From: Candidatus Omnitrophota bacterium
GTDB taxonomy: Bacteria; Omnitrophota; Gorgyraeia; Gygaellales; Profunditerraquicolaceae
Assembly: GCA_003598135.1 (NCBI GenBank)
Contig: QZKA01000027.1
Span: forward strand, 20,788-84,787
Reading direction: 5' to 3'
Length of the DNA stretch: 64,000 nucleotides
How positions within the stretch are numbered: position 1 is the stretch's first letter; each line of letters starts with the position of its first letter. The position numbers and the translations under genes are program-made. Shown one piece after another: positions 28,220-36,876 of this stretch. The notes below the pieces were generated by a model that was given only the letters and a program-made list of their open reading frames with translations, was not told the origin of the DNA and did not search any database.

Positions 28220-29086
28220 ATGAAAGGGATTATATTAGCAGGTGGTAAAGCGACACGTCTCTATCCCATTACCAGGGCTGTGTGCAAACAATTGCTACCG
28301 GTCTATGATAAGCCGATGGTGTATTACCCCCTTTCATTGCTCATGCTTGCCGGCATCAAGGACATTTTGTTGATATCCACTCCTGAGGCGCTCCCCCGTT
28401 TCAAAGACTTGCTTGGCAACGGTTCAGAAATAGGGATCAAAATACGTTTTGCTGAACAACGAACGCCAAGAGGCATAGCGCAGGCATTAACTATCGCAGA
28501 GGGCTTTATCGGAAAAGACAAAGTATGCCTGGTGCTTGGGGATAATGTATTTTTCGGGCAGGGTTTATCCTCGCTTTTGAAAGAAGCAGTACGCCAGAAA
28601 GAAGGGGCAACTATTTTTGGCTATTATGTAAACGACCCTGCACGCTACGGAGTAATTGGGTTCGACCGTAAAGGCGGGGTATCTTCCATCGAGGAGAAGC
28701 CCAAGCGGCCAAAATCAAATTACGTGATCACCGGTATTTATTTTTATGATCATCTTGCCTGCAGCATTGCCAAGGCGCTGAAACCGTCGCAAAGGAAAGA
28801 GTTTGAGATTACCGATGTGAATAGGTATTATTTAGAACGCGGAAAGCTTAAGGTAAAATTGCTGGGTAGGGGGTATGCGTGGCTTGATATGGGAACGTAC
28901 GAGTCCCTAATGGAGGCATCAGAGTTTATTAAGACGATGGAACAGCGGCAGGGTGTCAAGGTCGGCTGCATCGAGGAAGTCGCCTACAAAAAAAGATATA
29001 TCGACGAAAGGCAATTACGTAAACTTGCAAAAGAAATACCTACCAGCTACGGTGACTATTTAAGGCGGTTGCTAAAAAATGAATGA
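28220..29086 (+). CDS. rmlA: Glucose-1-phosphate thymidylyltransferase
   Basis: GIILAGG..TRLYP, KQLLPVYDKPM, LGDN, EKP and GRGYAWLD.GT. Confidence 0.95.
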   Translation: MKGIILAGGKATRLYPITRAVCKQLLPVYDKPMVYYPLSLLMLAGIKDILLISTPEALPRFKDLLGNGSEIGIKIRFAEQRTPRGIAQALTIAEGFIGKDKVCLVLGDNVFFGQGLSSLLKEAVRQKEGATIFGYYVNDPARYGVIGFDRKGGVSSIEEKPKRPKSNYVITGIYFYDHLACSIAKALKPSQRKEFEITDVNRYYLERGKLKVKLLGRGYAWLDMGTYESLMEASEFIKTMEQRQGVKVGCIEEVAYKKRYIDERQLRKLAKEIPTSYGDYLRRLLKNE

Positions 29087-29912
29087 AAGAATACTGATTC
29101 TGGGGAATGGGTATATCGGACAGAGATTGCATGAGGGCTTGGGGTGTGAGGTTTCTGAGCGCAAGATTTACTCGTTAGCTGACGCAGAGGAAGAAATAAA
29201 AAAATTTAAGCCCGCAGTCTTGATTAATGCAATAGGCTATATTGGTAATACGGTTGATGACTGCGAACAGGATAAAGATAAGGCGCTTATGGCCAATGCC
29301 TTTGTCCCGCTTATTCTCGGCGAAGCCGCAATAAGAAACCACATCAAGCTGGTCCATATAAGCAGCGGCTGTATTTATCGGTTCGATTACCTTTGTGATG
29401 ACCCGATTGCGGAAGAGAAGGTCCCGGATTATTTCGACCTTTTCTACAGCCGCACAAAGATATATTCGGAGCAACCCTTGCTCATTCTTTCGAAATCATA
29501 CCCGATTTTGATAGTAAGGATACGTGTGCCGCTTGACAACCGCCCCCACCCTAGAAACCTGCTAGATAAACTCATCAAGTATAAGAAAATTATCGATGTC
29601 CCCAATTCGCTTACCTATGTGCCTGATTTTATCCAGGCAATGAAGCACCTGCTTAAAGTTGATGCCCGGGGTATTTATAACGTAGTGAATAAAGGGAGCT
29701 TAAAGTACCCAGACCTAATGTATGTGTATAAAAAATATGTACCCGCCTTTGAGTATGAGGTAGTGGATCTTAAAAATCTTTCGCTTAAACGCACTAATCT
29801 GATTATGTCGTGCGAAAAACTTGAGAAAACGGGATTCAAGATGAGGAATATCAAGGATGTGTTGGAAGAATGCGTGAGGGAATACTTAAACGCCAGGGGA
29901 TCAACTCGATGA
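29079..29912 (+). CDS. Putative bifunctional NDP-4-keto-6-deoxyglucose 3,5-epimerase/4-reductase (NRS/ER-like)
   Basis: G.GYIG, SGCIY, FYSRTK, R.R.P and RNLLDKLIKYKKIIDVPNS.T resemble plant UER1/NRS-ER. Lies between rmlA and rmlB. Confidence 0.72.
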   Translation: MNERILILGNGYIGQRLHEGLGCEVSERKIYSLADAEEEIKKFKPAVLINAIGYIGNTVDDCEQDKDKALMANAFVPLILGEAAIRNHIKLVHISSGCIYRFDYLCDDPIAEEKVPDYFDLFYSRTKIYSEQPLLILSKSYPILIVRIRVPLDNRPHPRNLLDKLIKYKKIIDVPNSLTYVPDFIQAMKHLLKVDARGIYNVVNKGSLKYPDLMYVYKKYVPAFEYEVVDLKNLSLKRTNLIMSCEKLEKTGFKMRNIKDVLEECVREYLNARGSTR

Positions 29913-30901
29913 AAAGAGAGAAGTTATTGATTACCGGGGGGGCTGGTTTTATCGGGAGCACTTTCGTGAAGGAAGTTTTACAGGACGGCTTTACCCTGCC
30001 TGTTGTAGTAGATAAGCTTACCTATGCCGGCGACCTCTTGAGGTTGCAGGCAGTAAAAGGCCGTTATGTATTTTATAAAGCCGATATTATCGACAAGCAG
30101 TCCCTTAGGTCTGTTTTTAAAAAAGAGAAGCCGCACGCCGTCGTACATTTTGCCGCAGAGTCGCACGTCGACAGGAGTATCAGGGATGCGAGTACTTTTA
30201 TAGAAACGAATGTCCGCGGAACTCAGGTGCTTGCTGACGTGGCTAGAGAATATAATGTTAAGAGGTTTATTCATATTTCAACCGACGAGGTATACGGAGA
30301 AATTAGAAAAGGGGGTTTTCCCGAATCGCATCCACTATGCCCGAGTTCGCCTTATTCTGCAGCAAAGGCAGCAGCTGACTTGTTGGTGATTTCTTATATC
30401 AGGACGCACGGCTTTCCGGCTATTATAGTCAGGCCCAGTAATATTTATGGCCCCTGGCAATACCCGGAGAAATTAGTACCTTGGGCAGTGCTGTGCCTGC
30501 TTAAAAAGCAAAAAATTCCCGTTTACGGCAGGGGGCAAAACATAAGGGAGTGGCTTTTTGTAGGCGATTGCGTTGCCGGAATACTTGATATTTTAAAAAG
30601 GGGCAGAGCCGGAGAAATCTATAATCTAGGTAGTGGTGAGGAAAGAAAAAATATGGAGGTGGTACAGGCAATCCTTACGCAGGCGCATAAGGGAAGGTCC
30701 TGGATTGTGTTTGTGAAGGACCGGCAAGGCCACGATATCCGCTATAGAATGGATTCCCGTAAGATACGAAAAGAACTCGGATGGAAGCCGTCATTGGATT
30801 TTGAAAAAGGTCTCAAAGCAACGGTTGAGTGGTGCCTGGATAACAGGGAATGGCTTTTGCGCAAATGGCGTTATATCGCGCCATTTTATCATAGAGAATA
30901 A
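29909..30901 (+). CDS. rmlB: dTDP-glucose 4,6-dehydratase
   Basis: DKLTYAG, HFAAESHVDRSI, STDEVYG, PYSAAK and GHD.RY. Start ATG 29909. Confidence 0.95.
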   Translation: MKREKLLITGGAGFIGSTFVKEVLQDGFTLPVVVDKLTYAGDLLRLQAVKGRYVFYKADIIDKQSLRSVFKKEKPHAVVHFAAESHVDRSIRDASTFIETNVRGTQVLADVAREYNVKRFIHISTDEVYGEIRKGGFPESHPLCPSSPYSAAKAAADLLVISYIRTHGFPAIIVRPSNIYGPWQYPEKLVPWAVLCLLKKQKIPVYGRGQNIREWLFVGDCVAGILDILKRGRAGEIYNLGSGEERKNMEVVQAILTQAHKGRSWIVFVKDRQGHDIRYRMDSRKIRKELGWKPSLDFEKGLKATVEWCLDNREWLLRKWRYIAPFYHRE

Positions 30902-31165
30902 ATGTGGCTTGTAATCGGTTCTCTGGCGGCTTGTTGTACCATGTTTGCCTTTATTCCGCAAATCATCAAAGTCGTAAGGACAAAATCCGCTAAAGACGTA
31001 AGCGCTATTACCGTCTTACAGCTTTCTTTCGGGGTGACTTTGTGGATAGCCTACGGCATACACCTTAAAGATGCGGTGATTATCGTTGCAAATAGCATTA
31101 CCCTGTGCAGTACTATTGTGCTTTATTTGCTCTATTTAAGATATAAAGAAGGAAGCCGGCACTAA
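30902..31165 (+). CDS. SemiSWEET/PQ-loop sugar transporter
   Basis: 87 aa with three TM helices, FIPQIIK..RTKS..DVS, LW..YG and AN motifs. Confidence 0.88.
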   Translation: MWLVIGSLAACCTMFAFIPQIIKVVRTKSAKDVSAITVLQLSFGVTLWIAYGIHLKDAVIIVANSITLCSTIVLYLLYLRYKEGSRH

Positions 31166-31228
31166 AAGAGGCCTACGGGGTTTTGTGTTACCATAGTGCG
31201 CATCTTAAAAAAGAAAGCATAGACGACG

Positions 31229-32482
31229 ATGTTTTCACTTGGCAAATTCTTTAAGGGCGGTGACGGGTTTGGCCGCAACGTGCTTGTGGTGTTCTTCGGT
31301 ACTTCCCTGCTCAGTATCTTTAATCTTCTTTATCAGCTCCTTATAGCGCACCGGCTCAGCCCTGTGGATTTCGCCGTATTTAATTCTTTATTATCCCTGT
31401 TTCTCATATTCTCCGCTCCTTTGCTTACCCTGCAGGCTGTAACTGCAAAGTTTGCCGCTGAATTTGCCGCACGCAGCGAGGTCAATAAAATCAAAACCTT
31501 ATTTTCCGGGCTTCTTTTAAAGAGCGTGCTTTTCTCCCTTGGGACTTTTTTTGTCTTTCTTGTATGTGCTCCCCGCATTGCCTCAAGTTTAAAAATACCC
31601 TCTTATGGGCCGGTGTATATGCTTATGTGGTTGGTTGCGTTTGCATGGATTCTGCCCGTATTATTGGGCGGCCTCCAGGGGCTAAAAAAATTTAACTGGT
31701 TCGTATTTTCTTCGATAAGCGGCGGAGGGCTGAAACTGGTTTTGGCATTTGTATTCATTAGTTTTGGCTTCGGCATAAGCGGGGCGCTCGGCGGATATCT
31801 GGTCGCTACTATCGTTACTATCCTTATTGCAATGGTTGCGCTGCGGTCTTTTATCGTTGGGAAGGAGCAATGGGTTTATGTACATTTTAAGGAAATTTAC
31901 AGATATTTCTTCCCCCTCATTATCAGTAACCTCTGTTTTACGGGGCTGGTGAATAGCGATATGGTGTTGGTAAAATACTATTTTAGCCCTGAGAAGGCAG
32001 GCCTTTATTCCCTATCTCAAATGGTCGGAAAGATTTTTTTATTCCTTCCGATGGCTATCAGCGTAGTCATGTTTCCCCATGCCAGTTCCTTAAACGCCAA
32101 GGCGCAAGATGCCCGCCCCGTTCTGAATAAGTCGCTTTTATATGCCACGACCTTATGCGTCGCTGCAATCCTTTTTTATAACCTTTTCCCGGAGCGGACG
32201 CTTATTTTACTTACAGGCAAGATTTACCCGGAGTCGATTTTTGTTGGAAGGCTTTTCAGTGTTTCCATGACCGGCTTTGCATTATCTTTTCTGTTAATGA
32301 ATTATTTTCTCTCCGTTAAGGACCTGCGTTTTATCAAATTCATTTTTATAATTGCGGGTATACAGCTATTGTCGATTTTGATTATTCATCGCAGCCTCGC
32401 AGAGGTCCAGTATATTCTCTGCGTGAGCGCGCTTGTACTTTTTTCATCGTTATTCATATTATCCAGGAAGAGTTCGGCATGA
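31229..32482 (+). CDS. Wzx-like oligosaccharide flippase
   Basis: About 12 TM helices, MOP-family features (D..LVK.Y....AG.YS, V.FP), glycan cluster context. Confidence 0.82.
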   Translation: MFSLGKFFKGGDGFGRNVLVVFFGTSLLSIFNLLYQLLIAHRLSPVDFAVFNSLLSLFLIFSAPLLTLQAVTAKFAAEFAARSEVNKIKTLFSGLLLKSVLFSLGTFFVFLVCAPRIASSLKIPSYGPVYMLMWLVAFAWILPVLLGGLQGLKKFNWFVFSSISGGGLKLVLAFVFISFGFGISGALGGYLVATIVTILIAMVALRSFIVGKEQWVYVHFKEIYRYFFPLIISNLCFTGLVNSDMVLVKYYFSPEKAGLYSLSQMVGKIFLFLPMAISVVMFPHASSLNAKAQDARPVLNKSLLYATTLCVAAILFYNLFPERTLILLTGKIYPESIFVGRLFSVSMTGFALSFLLMNYFLSVKDLRFIKFIFIIAGIQLLSILIIHRSLAEVQYILCVSALVLFSSLFILSRKSSA

Positions 32483-33279
32483 AGAACCTGACAACAGAAA
32501 AAGTCTCTATTATCATGCCTGCGTTTAACGAGGCAGAACATATCGTCAATAGCATCAGAGAGACTGCCAAGACTTTTCAGGAATTTGGATGCGCCTGGGA
32601 GTTGATTGTTATTGATGACGGTTCCACCGATTCTACGTTCGAATTGGCAAGATCCCTCTGTAGCGAATTCCCCGGGAATCTTATCGTGAAGAAAAATGCT
32701 CATCGAGCCAGGGGAAAAGGGCGAGCATTCAAAAAGGCGTTTCATTATGTAAGTGGTGATTATGTTGTTTTTTTGGATGCGGATATGGACCTGCATCCTA
32801 TTCAGGTACAAACGCTCTTTGATATCATGAGATTCGATAATGCAGACGTGGTTATCGGTTCAAAGCTACACCCTAACTCGATCGTAAATTATCCAGGGCA
32901 TCGTCGGATAATGAGTCTTGTATATTATTACCTCATTAAGATCTTGTTTAACTTGCCTTGCCGCGATACCCAGACCGGGCTAAAATTATTCAAGACCGAG
33001 GTATTACGTAAAGTCTTTCCGCGCCTATTAGTCAAAAAATTTGCCTACGATTTAGAAGTTTTGGTAAATGCGCACCATCTGGGATTTCAGATTGCTGAGG
33101 CCCCTATAAAGCTTAGTTCTCAGAGGAAGTACGGAAGGATAGGCCTCAGGGCCGTATGTGCCACTACTTGGGATACTCTGGCTATATTTTACCGCATGTA
33201 TGTCTTGAAATATTATGACCGTATCGATTATCATCGCCGTAAAAACCTGGCAAAGGAATTTAGAAGAATGCGTCGTTAG
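32479..33279 (+). CDS. GT2 glycosyltransferase (polyprenol-phosphate sugar synthase-like)
   Basis: SIIMPAFNE, DDGSTD, GKG.A, DAD, DTQTGLKLF and FAYDLE. Confidence 0.85.
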   Translation: MKNLTTEKVSIIMPAFNEAEHIVNSIRETAKTFQEFGCAWELIVIDDGSTDSTFELARSLCSEFPGNLIVKKNAHRARGKGRAFKKAFHYVSGDYVVFLDADMDLHPIQVQTLFDIMRFDNADVVIGSKLHPNSIVNYPGHRRIMSLVYYYLIKILFNLPCRDTQTGLKLFKTEVLRKVFPRLLVKKFAYDLEVLVNAHHLGFQIAEAPIKLSSQRKYGRIGLRAVCATTWDTLAIFYRMYVLKYYDRIDYHRRKNLAKEFRRMRR

Positions 33280-34189
33280 GTGCATTGAGCTGTCGCAGAG
33301 CAATTTTGAAATCATCATCTTGCCCGACGAACCTTTCTCTTTCGATTTATTGCCAAGGCAGGCATCTGTTCCTATTGCGATTATCCCCACCGGAAGCGTG
33401 ACTCCCGCAAAAAAAAGAGATCTTGGTGTTACGCATGCAAAAGGCGAAATACTGGCATTTTTGGATGATGACGCCTATCCCGACAAAAACTGGCTGGTAA
33501 ACGCAGTGAGGCATTTTCAAGACTCCAAAGTTGCGGCTGTTGCCGGCCCAGCAGTGACACCGACAACTGATTCGATAAAACAGAGGGCAAGCGGGGAGGT
33601 GTATTCCTCGTTTCTGGTGAGCGGCAGTTACGCCTACCGTTATTTTCCGAATCGACAAAGAGAAGTTGACGACTATCCGAGCTGTAATTTCCTGGTCCGT
33701 AAATCCGTAATGGAAGAGATAGGGGGGTTCAATACCAATTTTTGGCCGGGTGAAGATACCAAGCTGTGCTTAGAGATAACGAAGAAACTGCATAAAAAAA
33801 TCACCTACGATCCGAAAGTCCTGGTCTTTCATCACCGCAGGCCCTTGTTTATTCCTCATTTAAAACAAATTGCAAGTTACGCATTGCATCGCGGCTACTT
33901 TGTAAAAAAGTACCCTGAAACTTCTTTAAGGGTTGCATATTTTATACCAAGCGTCTTTCTTGCTGCGCTTGTCATCGGCGCAGTATTTTCTCTATTCTTC
34001 CCAGCCCTAATCAACATTTATATTGCTGGCCTGCTATGTTACTTCGTACTTGTGCTCTTGGAAGCTATACGTAAAAACCCTCGTTTGATTTTTTATGTAT
34101 TCCTTGGGATAATCCTGACGCACCTGACATACGGAGCTTATTTTATAAAAGGCTTATTCCGAAAAAGGCTCCCGGAGGAGGAAGAATGA
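33215..34189 (+). CDS. GT2 glycosyltransferase with C-terminal TM helices
   Basis: FLDDD, GGF....GED and hydrophobic C-terminus. Confidence 0.85.
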   Translation: MTVSIIIAVKTWQRNLEECVVRCIELSQSNFEIIILPDEPFSFDLLPRQASVPIAIIPTGSVTPAKKRDLGVTHAKGEILAFLDDDAYPDKNWLVNAVRHFQDSKVAAVAGPAVTPTTDSIKQRASGEVYSSFLVSGSYAYRYFPNRQREVDDYPSCNFLVRKSVMEEIGGFNTNFWPGEDTKLCLEITKKLHKKITYDPKVLVFHHRRPLFIPHLKQIASYALHRGYFVKKYPETSLRVAYFIPSVFLAALVIGAVFSLFFPALINIYIAGLLCYFVLVLLEAIRKNPRLIFYVFLGIILTHLTYGAYFIKGLFRKRLPEEEE

Positions 34190-35697
34190 AGGTCATTATC
34201 TCATACCCTCCGCTTGATGCAGCGAAAGGCTGTCCGACTCTCGGCCAGAACAGGCAGTTCCAATATTTTAAAGACCCTACCTTTATTTATCCGGTAGTAC
34301 CGGCACAGGCCGCCACATTACTTAAAAACTCAGGTTTCAAGGTAATCTGGAATGATTGCATTGCCTTGGGCTGGACATATGAGCAGTTTCTAGACTTCGT
34401 AAAAGAGGAAAAGCCTGACTTAATCGCCTTTGAGACCAAAACTCCCGTAATCAAGCAGCATTGGCAGATTATCAATAATATCAAACGACTTTCGTCAGCC
34501 GGCTGCCGTCCGTGGATAGTGCTCTTCGGCGACCACGTGACTGCGCTTCCCGAAGAGTCGTTTCAAAATTCAGAGGTTGATTATGTTCTTACCGGAGGCG
34601 ATTACGACTTTTTGCTGCTTAACCTGTGCAAATTTCTATCTTCTCAACTCAATACTCAATACTCAATACACAATACATCACTAGAGCCCGGAATCTATTA
34701 TCGCGAACATAAAGAAGTAAAAAACACCGGAAAATTCCAGCTCAATCATGACTTGAGCCAACTCCCTTTTATAGACCGTGATCTTACAGGCTGGGAAATG
34801 TACGCGTATCAAAACGGAAACTATAAACGGACTCCGGGGACTTATATTATGAGCGGCAGGGATTGCTGGTGGGCGCGCTGTTCTTTTTGCTCATGGCCGA
34901 CTCTCTATCCGTCGTTTAGGGTAAGAAATATAGATAATGTATTGGATGAAATAGGCATGCTTTTGGAGCGTTACAAGGTACGCGAAATAATGGATGATAC
35001 GGGATGTTTTCCTGCTGGGGATTGGCTTGGAGATTTTTGTTGCGGTTTGCTGAAACGGGGATACGAGAAGAAAATGTACATAGATTGCAATGCCCGGTTC
35101 GGCGCTCTGAGTAAGATTGATTTCAAGTTAATGAGAAAGGCAGGGTTTCGTTTGTTGCTATTTGGCCTTGAGTCCGCCAATCAAAAGACACTCGATAGAA
35201 TAAATAAGAACGTCAAGGTAGAAAGAATGATCGCCGATTGTCAGAATGCCTCCAGGGCAGGCCTCTTTCCACACATCACTATTATGTTTGGCTATCCCTG
35301 GGAATCGTTCGAAGATGCATCCCGAACGCTTCAATTGGGGTCATGGTTGTTGAAAAAGGGATATGCGTACACTATGCAGGCGACTATTGTCATACCATAT
35401 CCCGGGACTCCTTTATTTCAGGAGTGTAAAGAAGAGGGATGGCTTAAGACCGTTGATTGGGATAGGTATGATATGAAAGAAGCAGTGATGCGTATTCCTT
35501 TTGCCGAAGATGCGATGCGCCAGTTGGTACAAGGCATGTATAAAGTCTCTTTCGGCCCTGAGTTTATCGCAAGAAGGTTATTCTCAATCAGAGACACGGA
35601 TGACGTAGCGTATTTCCTCCGTGCTGCAAAAAAAGTGCTCGGGCATATTTTTGACTTTAGGAATAAAAAGTCATGTAATGGAAAAAAGCAAGTATAG
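34186..35697 (+). CDS. Cobalamin-binding-type radical SAM protein (HpnJ-like), CX4CX2C motif
   Basis: N-terminal B12-binding-like domain (G.HVTALP), GRDCWWARCSFCSWP, GLESANQ, GYPWES and PYPGTP. Confidence 0.82.
   Translation: MKVIISYPPLDAAKGCPTLGQNRQFQYFKDPTFIYPVVPAQAATLLKNSGFKVIWNDCIALGWTYEQFLDFVKEEKPDLIAFETKTPVIKQHWQIINNIKRLSSAGCRPWIVLFGDHVTALPEESFQNSEVDYVLTGGDYDFLLLNLCKFLSSQLNTQYSIHNTSLEPGIYYREHKEVKNTGKFQLNHDLSQLPFIDRDLTGWEMYAYQNGNYKRTPGTYIMSGRDCWWARCSFCSWPTLYPSFRVRNIDNVLDEIGMLLERYKVREIMDDTGCFPAGDWLGDFCCGLLKRGYEKKMYIDCNARFGALSKIDFKLMRKAGFRLLLFGLESANQKTLDRINKNVKVERMIADCQNASRAGLFPHITIMFGYPWESFEDASRTLQLGSWLLKKGYAYTMQATIVIPYPGTPLFQECKEEGWLKTVDWDRYDMKEAVMRIPFAEDAMRQLVQGMYKVSFGPEFIARRLFSIRDTDDVAYFLRAAKKVLGHIFDFRNKKSCNGKKQV
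34647..34676 (+). repeat. Intragenic heptamer tandem repeat (ACTCAAT)x3 + ACACAAT
   Basis: Read directly from the sequence; encodes QLNTQYSIHNT inside the radical SAM gene. Confidence 0.85.
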
Positions 35698-36703
35698 CTA
35701 TTCAGTCGACGGACATAACCGGCTTCTGATAAAATCCCCAGGAAGCAAAAAAGCTGTTTCCCCCAACGGACAATTCCGGGTAACCAGAGATAACGGACTT
35801 TCGTTTTGGCTCAATGAGCCTCCTTCCTGGAGAAAAGAAAACAACCTTCCTAAGAAAATTACTTTTACCGGAACCTGGCAGCTGGATGAAAAGAACGGCC
35901 TGGAGTTCATTCTGGATAAAAGCAGATATCAAAATGCAGGAGAGAAGATTAGCTTTAAAGGCAAGCTCTTTGCGGTTGACGGAAATTCTGTCGCCTTTTC
36001 GATTTCCAGTTATAAAGAAGCGGCTTTGCGCTTGAGCCGTATCCAGACATTCAGGCTTGCCGGCTTATGGCAGGCAGATAAATATAACCGCCTCAATTTT
36101 ATTATCAGCCGGAAATTGCATTCTGATACGCTTACATTTGAGGGCGGCTGGCAGATCAACAAAAACCAGCAGATTGTGTATATATGCGAGAAGACAGGCC
36201 TCAAGAACAAAACCAGGATTTCTGAAGAAGTGGTATTGCGGGGTTATTGGCAGATAGTAAATAATAGAAGGTTAGTATATATACTTTCCCATAACGGCGA
36301 TTCCTGTCTTGAGTTCCGCGTCCAGCTCGAAACACCTAATCTCTACCCTCAAAAGGGAAAAATAAAGTTTCGTCTTGGAGTAGGCCTTAAAAAGAACAGG
36401 CCACCTGTGCCAAAAACTATTTGTCTTTACGGAGAGTGGAAGTTTTCCCACAAGTGGGGGTTAGTTTTTGCAATGGATTACGGGGCAGGAACAGTACACA
36501 ACATTGAGTTCGGTTTTACAGTTGCAGTACATAACGCAGACAGTATTTCGGTAAGTTTGACAAACAAACAAAACGAACCCCTTGGTATTACGGTTACTTT
36601 TACGCATCGTTTTTTAAAAGAACATGGCGCGCAAGGTTTTATCCGGTTAAAACCGGAAAGGAAAAGGTCGGGCCTGGAAGCAGGATTTACTTTTCCGTTT
36701 TAA
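35678..36703 (+). CDS. Hypothetical all-beta repeat protein
   Basis: About 7 repeats of F/L-x-G-x-W-Q-...-N-x-L-x-F, C-terminal Phe. Start likely ATG 35678. Confidence 0.7.
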   Translation: MEKSKYSYSVDGHNRLLIKSPGSKKAVSPNGQFRVTRDNGLSFWLNEPPSWRKENNLPKKITFTGTWQLDEKNGLEFILDKSRYQNAGEKISFKGKLFAVDGNSVAFSISSYKEAALRLSRIQTFRLAGLWQADKYNRLNFIISRKLHSDTLTFEGGWQINKNQQIVYICEKTGLKNKTRISEEVVLRGYWQIVNNRRLVYILSHNGDSCLEFRVQLETPNLYPQKGKIKFRLGVGLKKNRPPVPKTICLYGEWKFSHKWGLVFAMDYGAGTVHNIEFGFTVAVHNADSISVSLTNKQNEPLGITVTFTHRFLKEHGAQGFIRLKPERKRSGLEAGFTFPF

Positions 36704-36876
36704 AGCCATTTCTGCAGCATAAAAAGCTTTTAAAAGTTCATAACGTATGGGATAATAATAAGTTAAATACCTTTTAAAACAAAGAATCTTTTAGAAAAAT
36801 GCGGCTGTACGGTTAATAGGGATAAACAGGCGCGTTGCTGGTTTATAATAAATTTTGCTTTGTAGAGGAGCCTAAA

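Noticed and set aside
33405-33420. A8 homopolymer in a GT2 gene as a phase-variation tract
   Set aside because: Similar A8 runs occur in housekeeping genes here (e.g. ispH), consistent with Lys codon usage.
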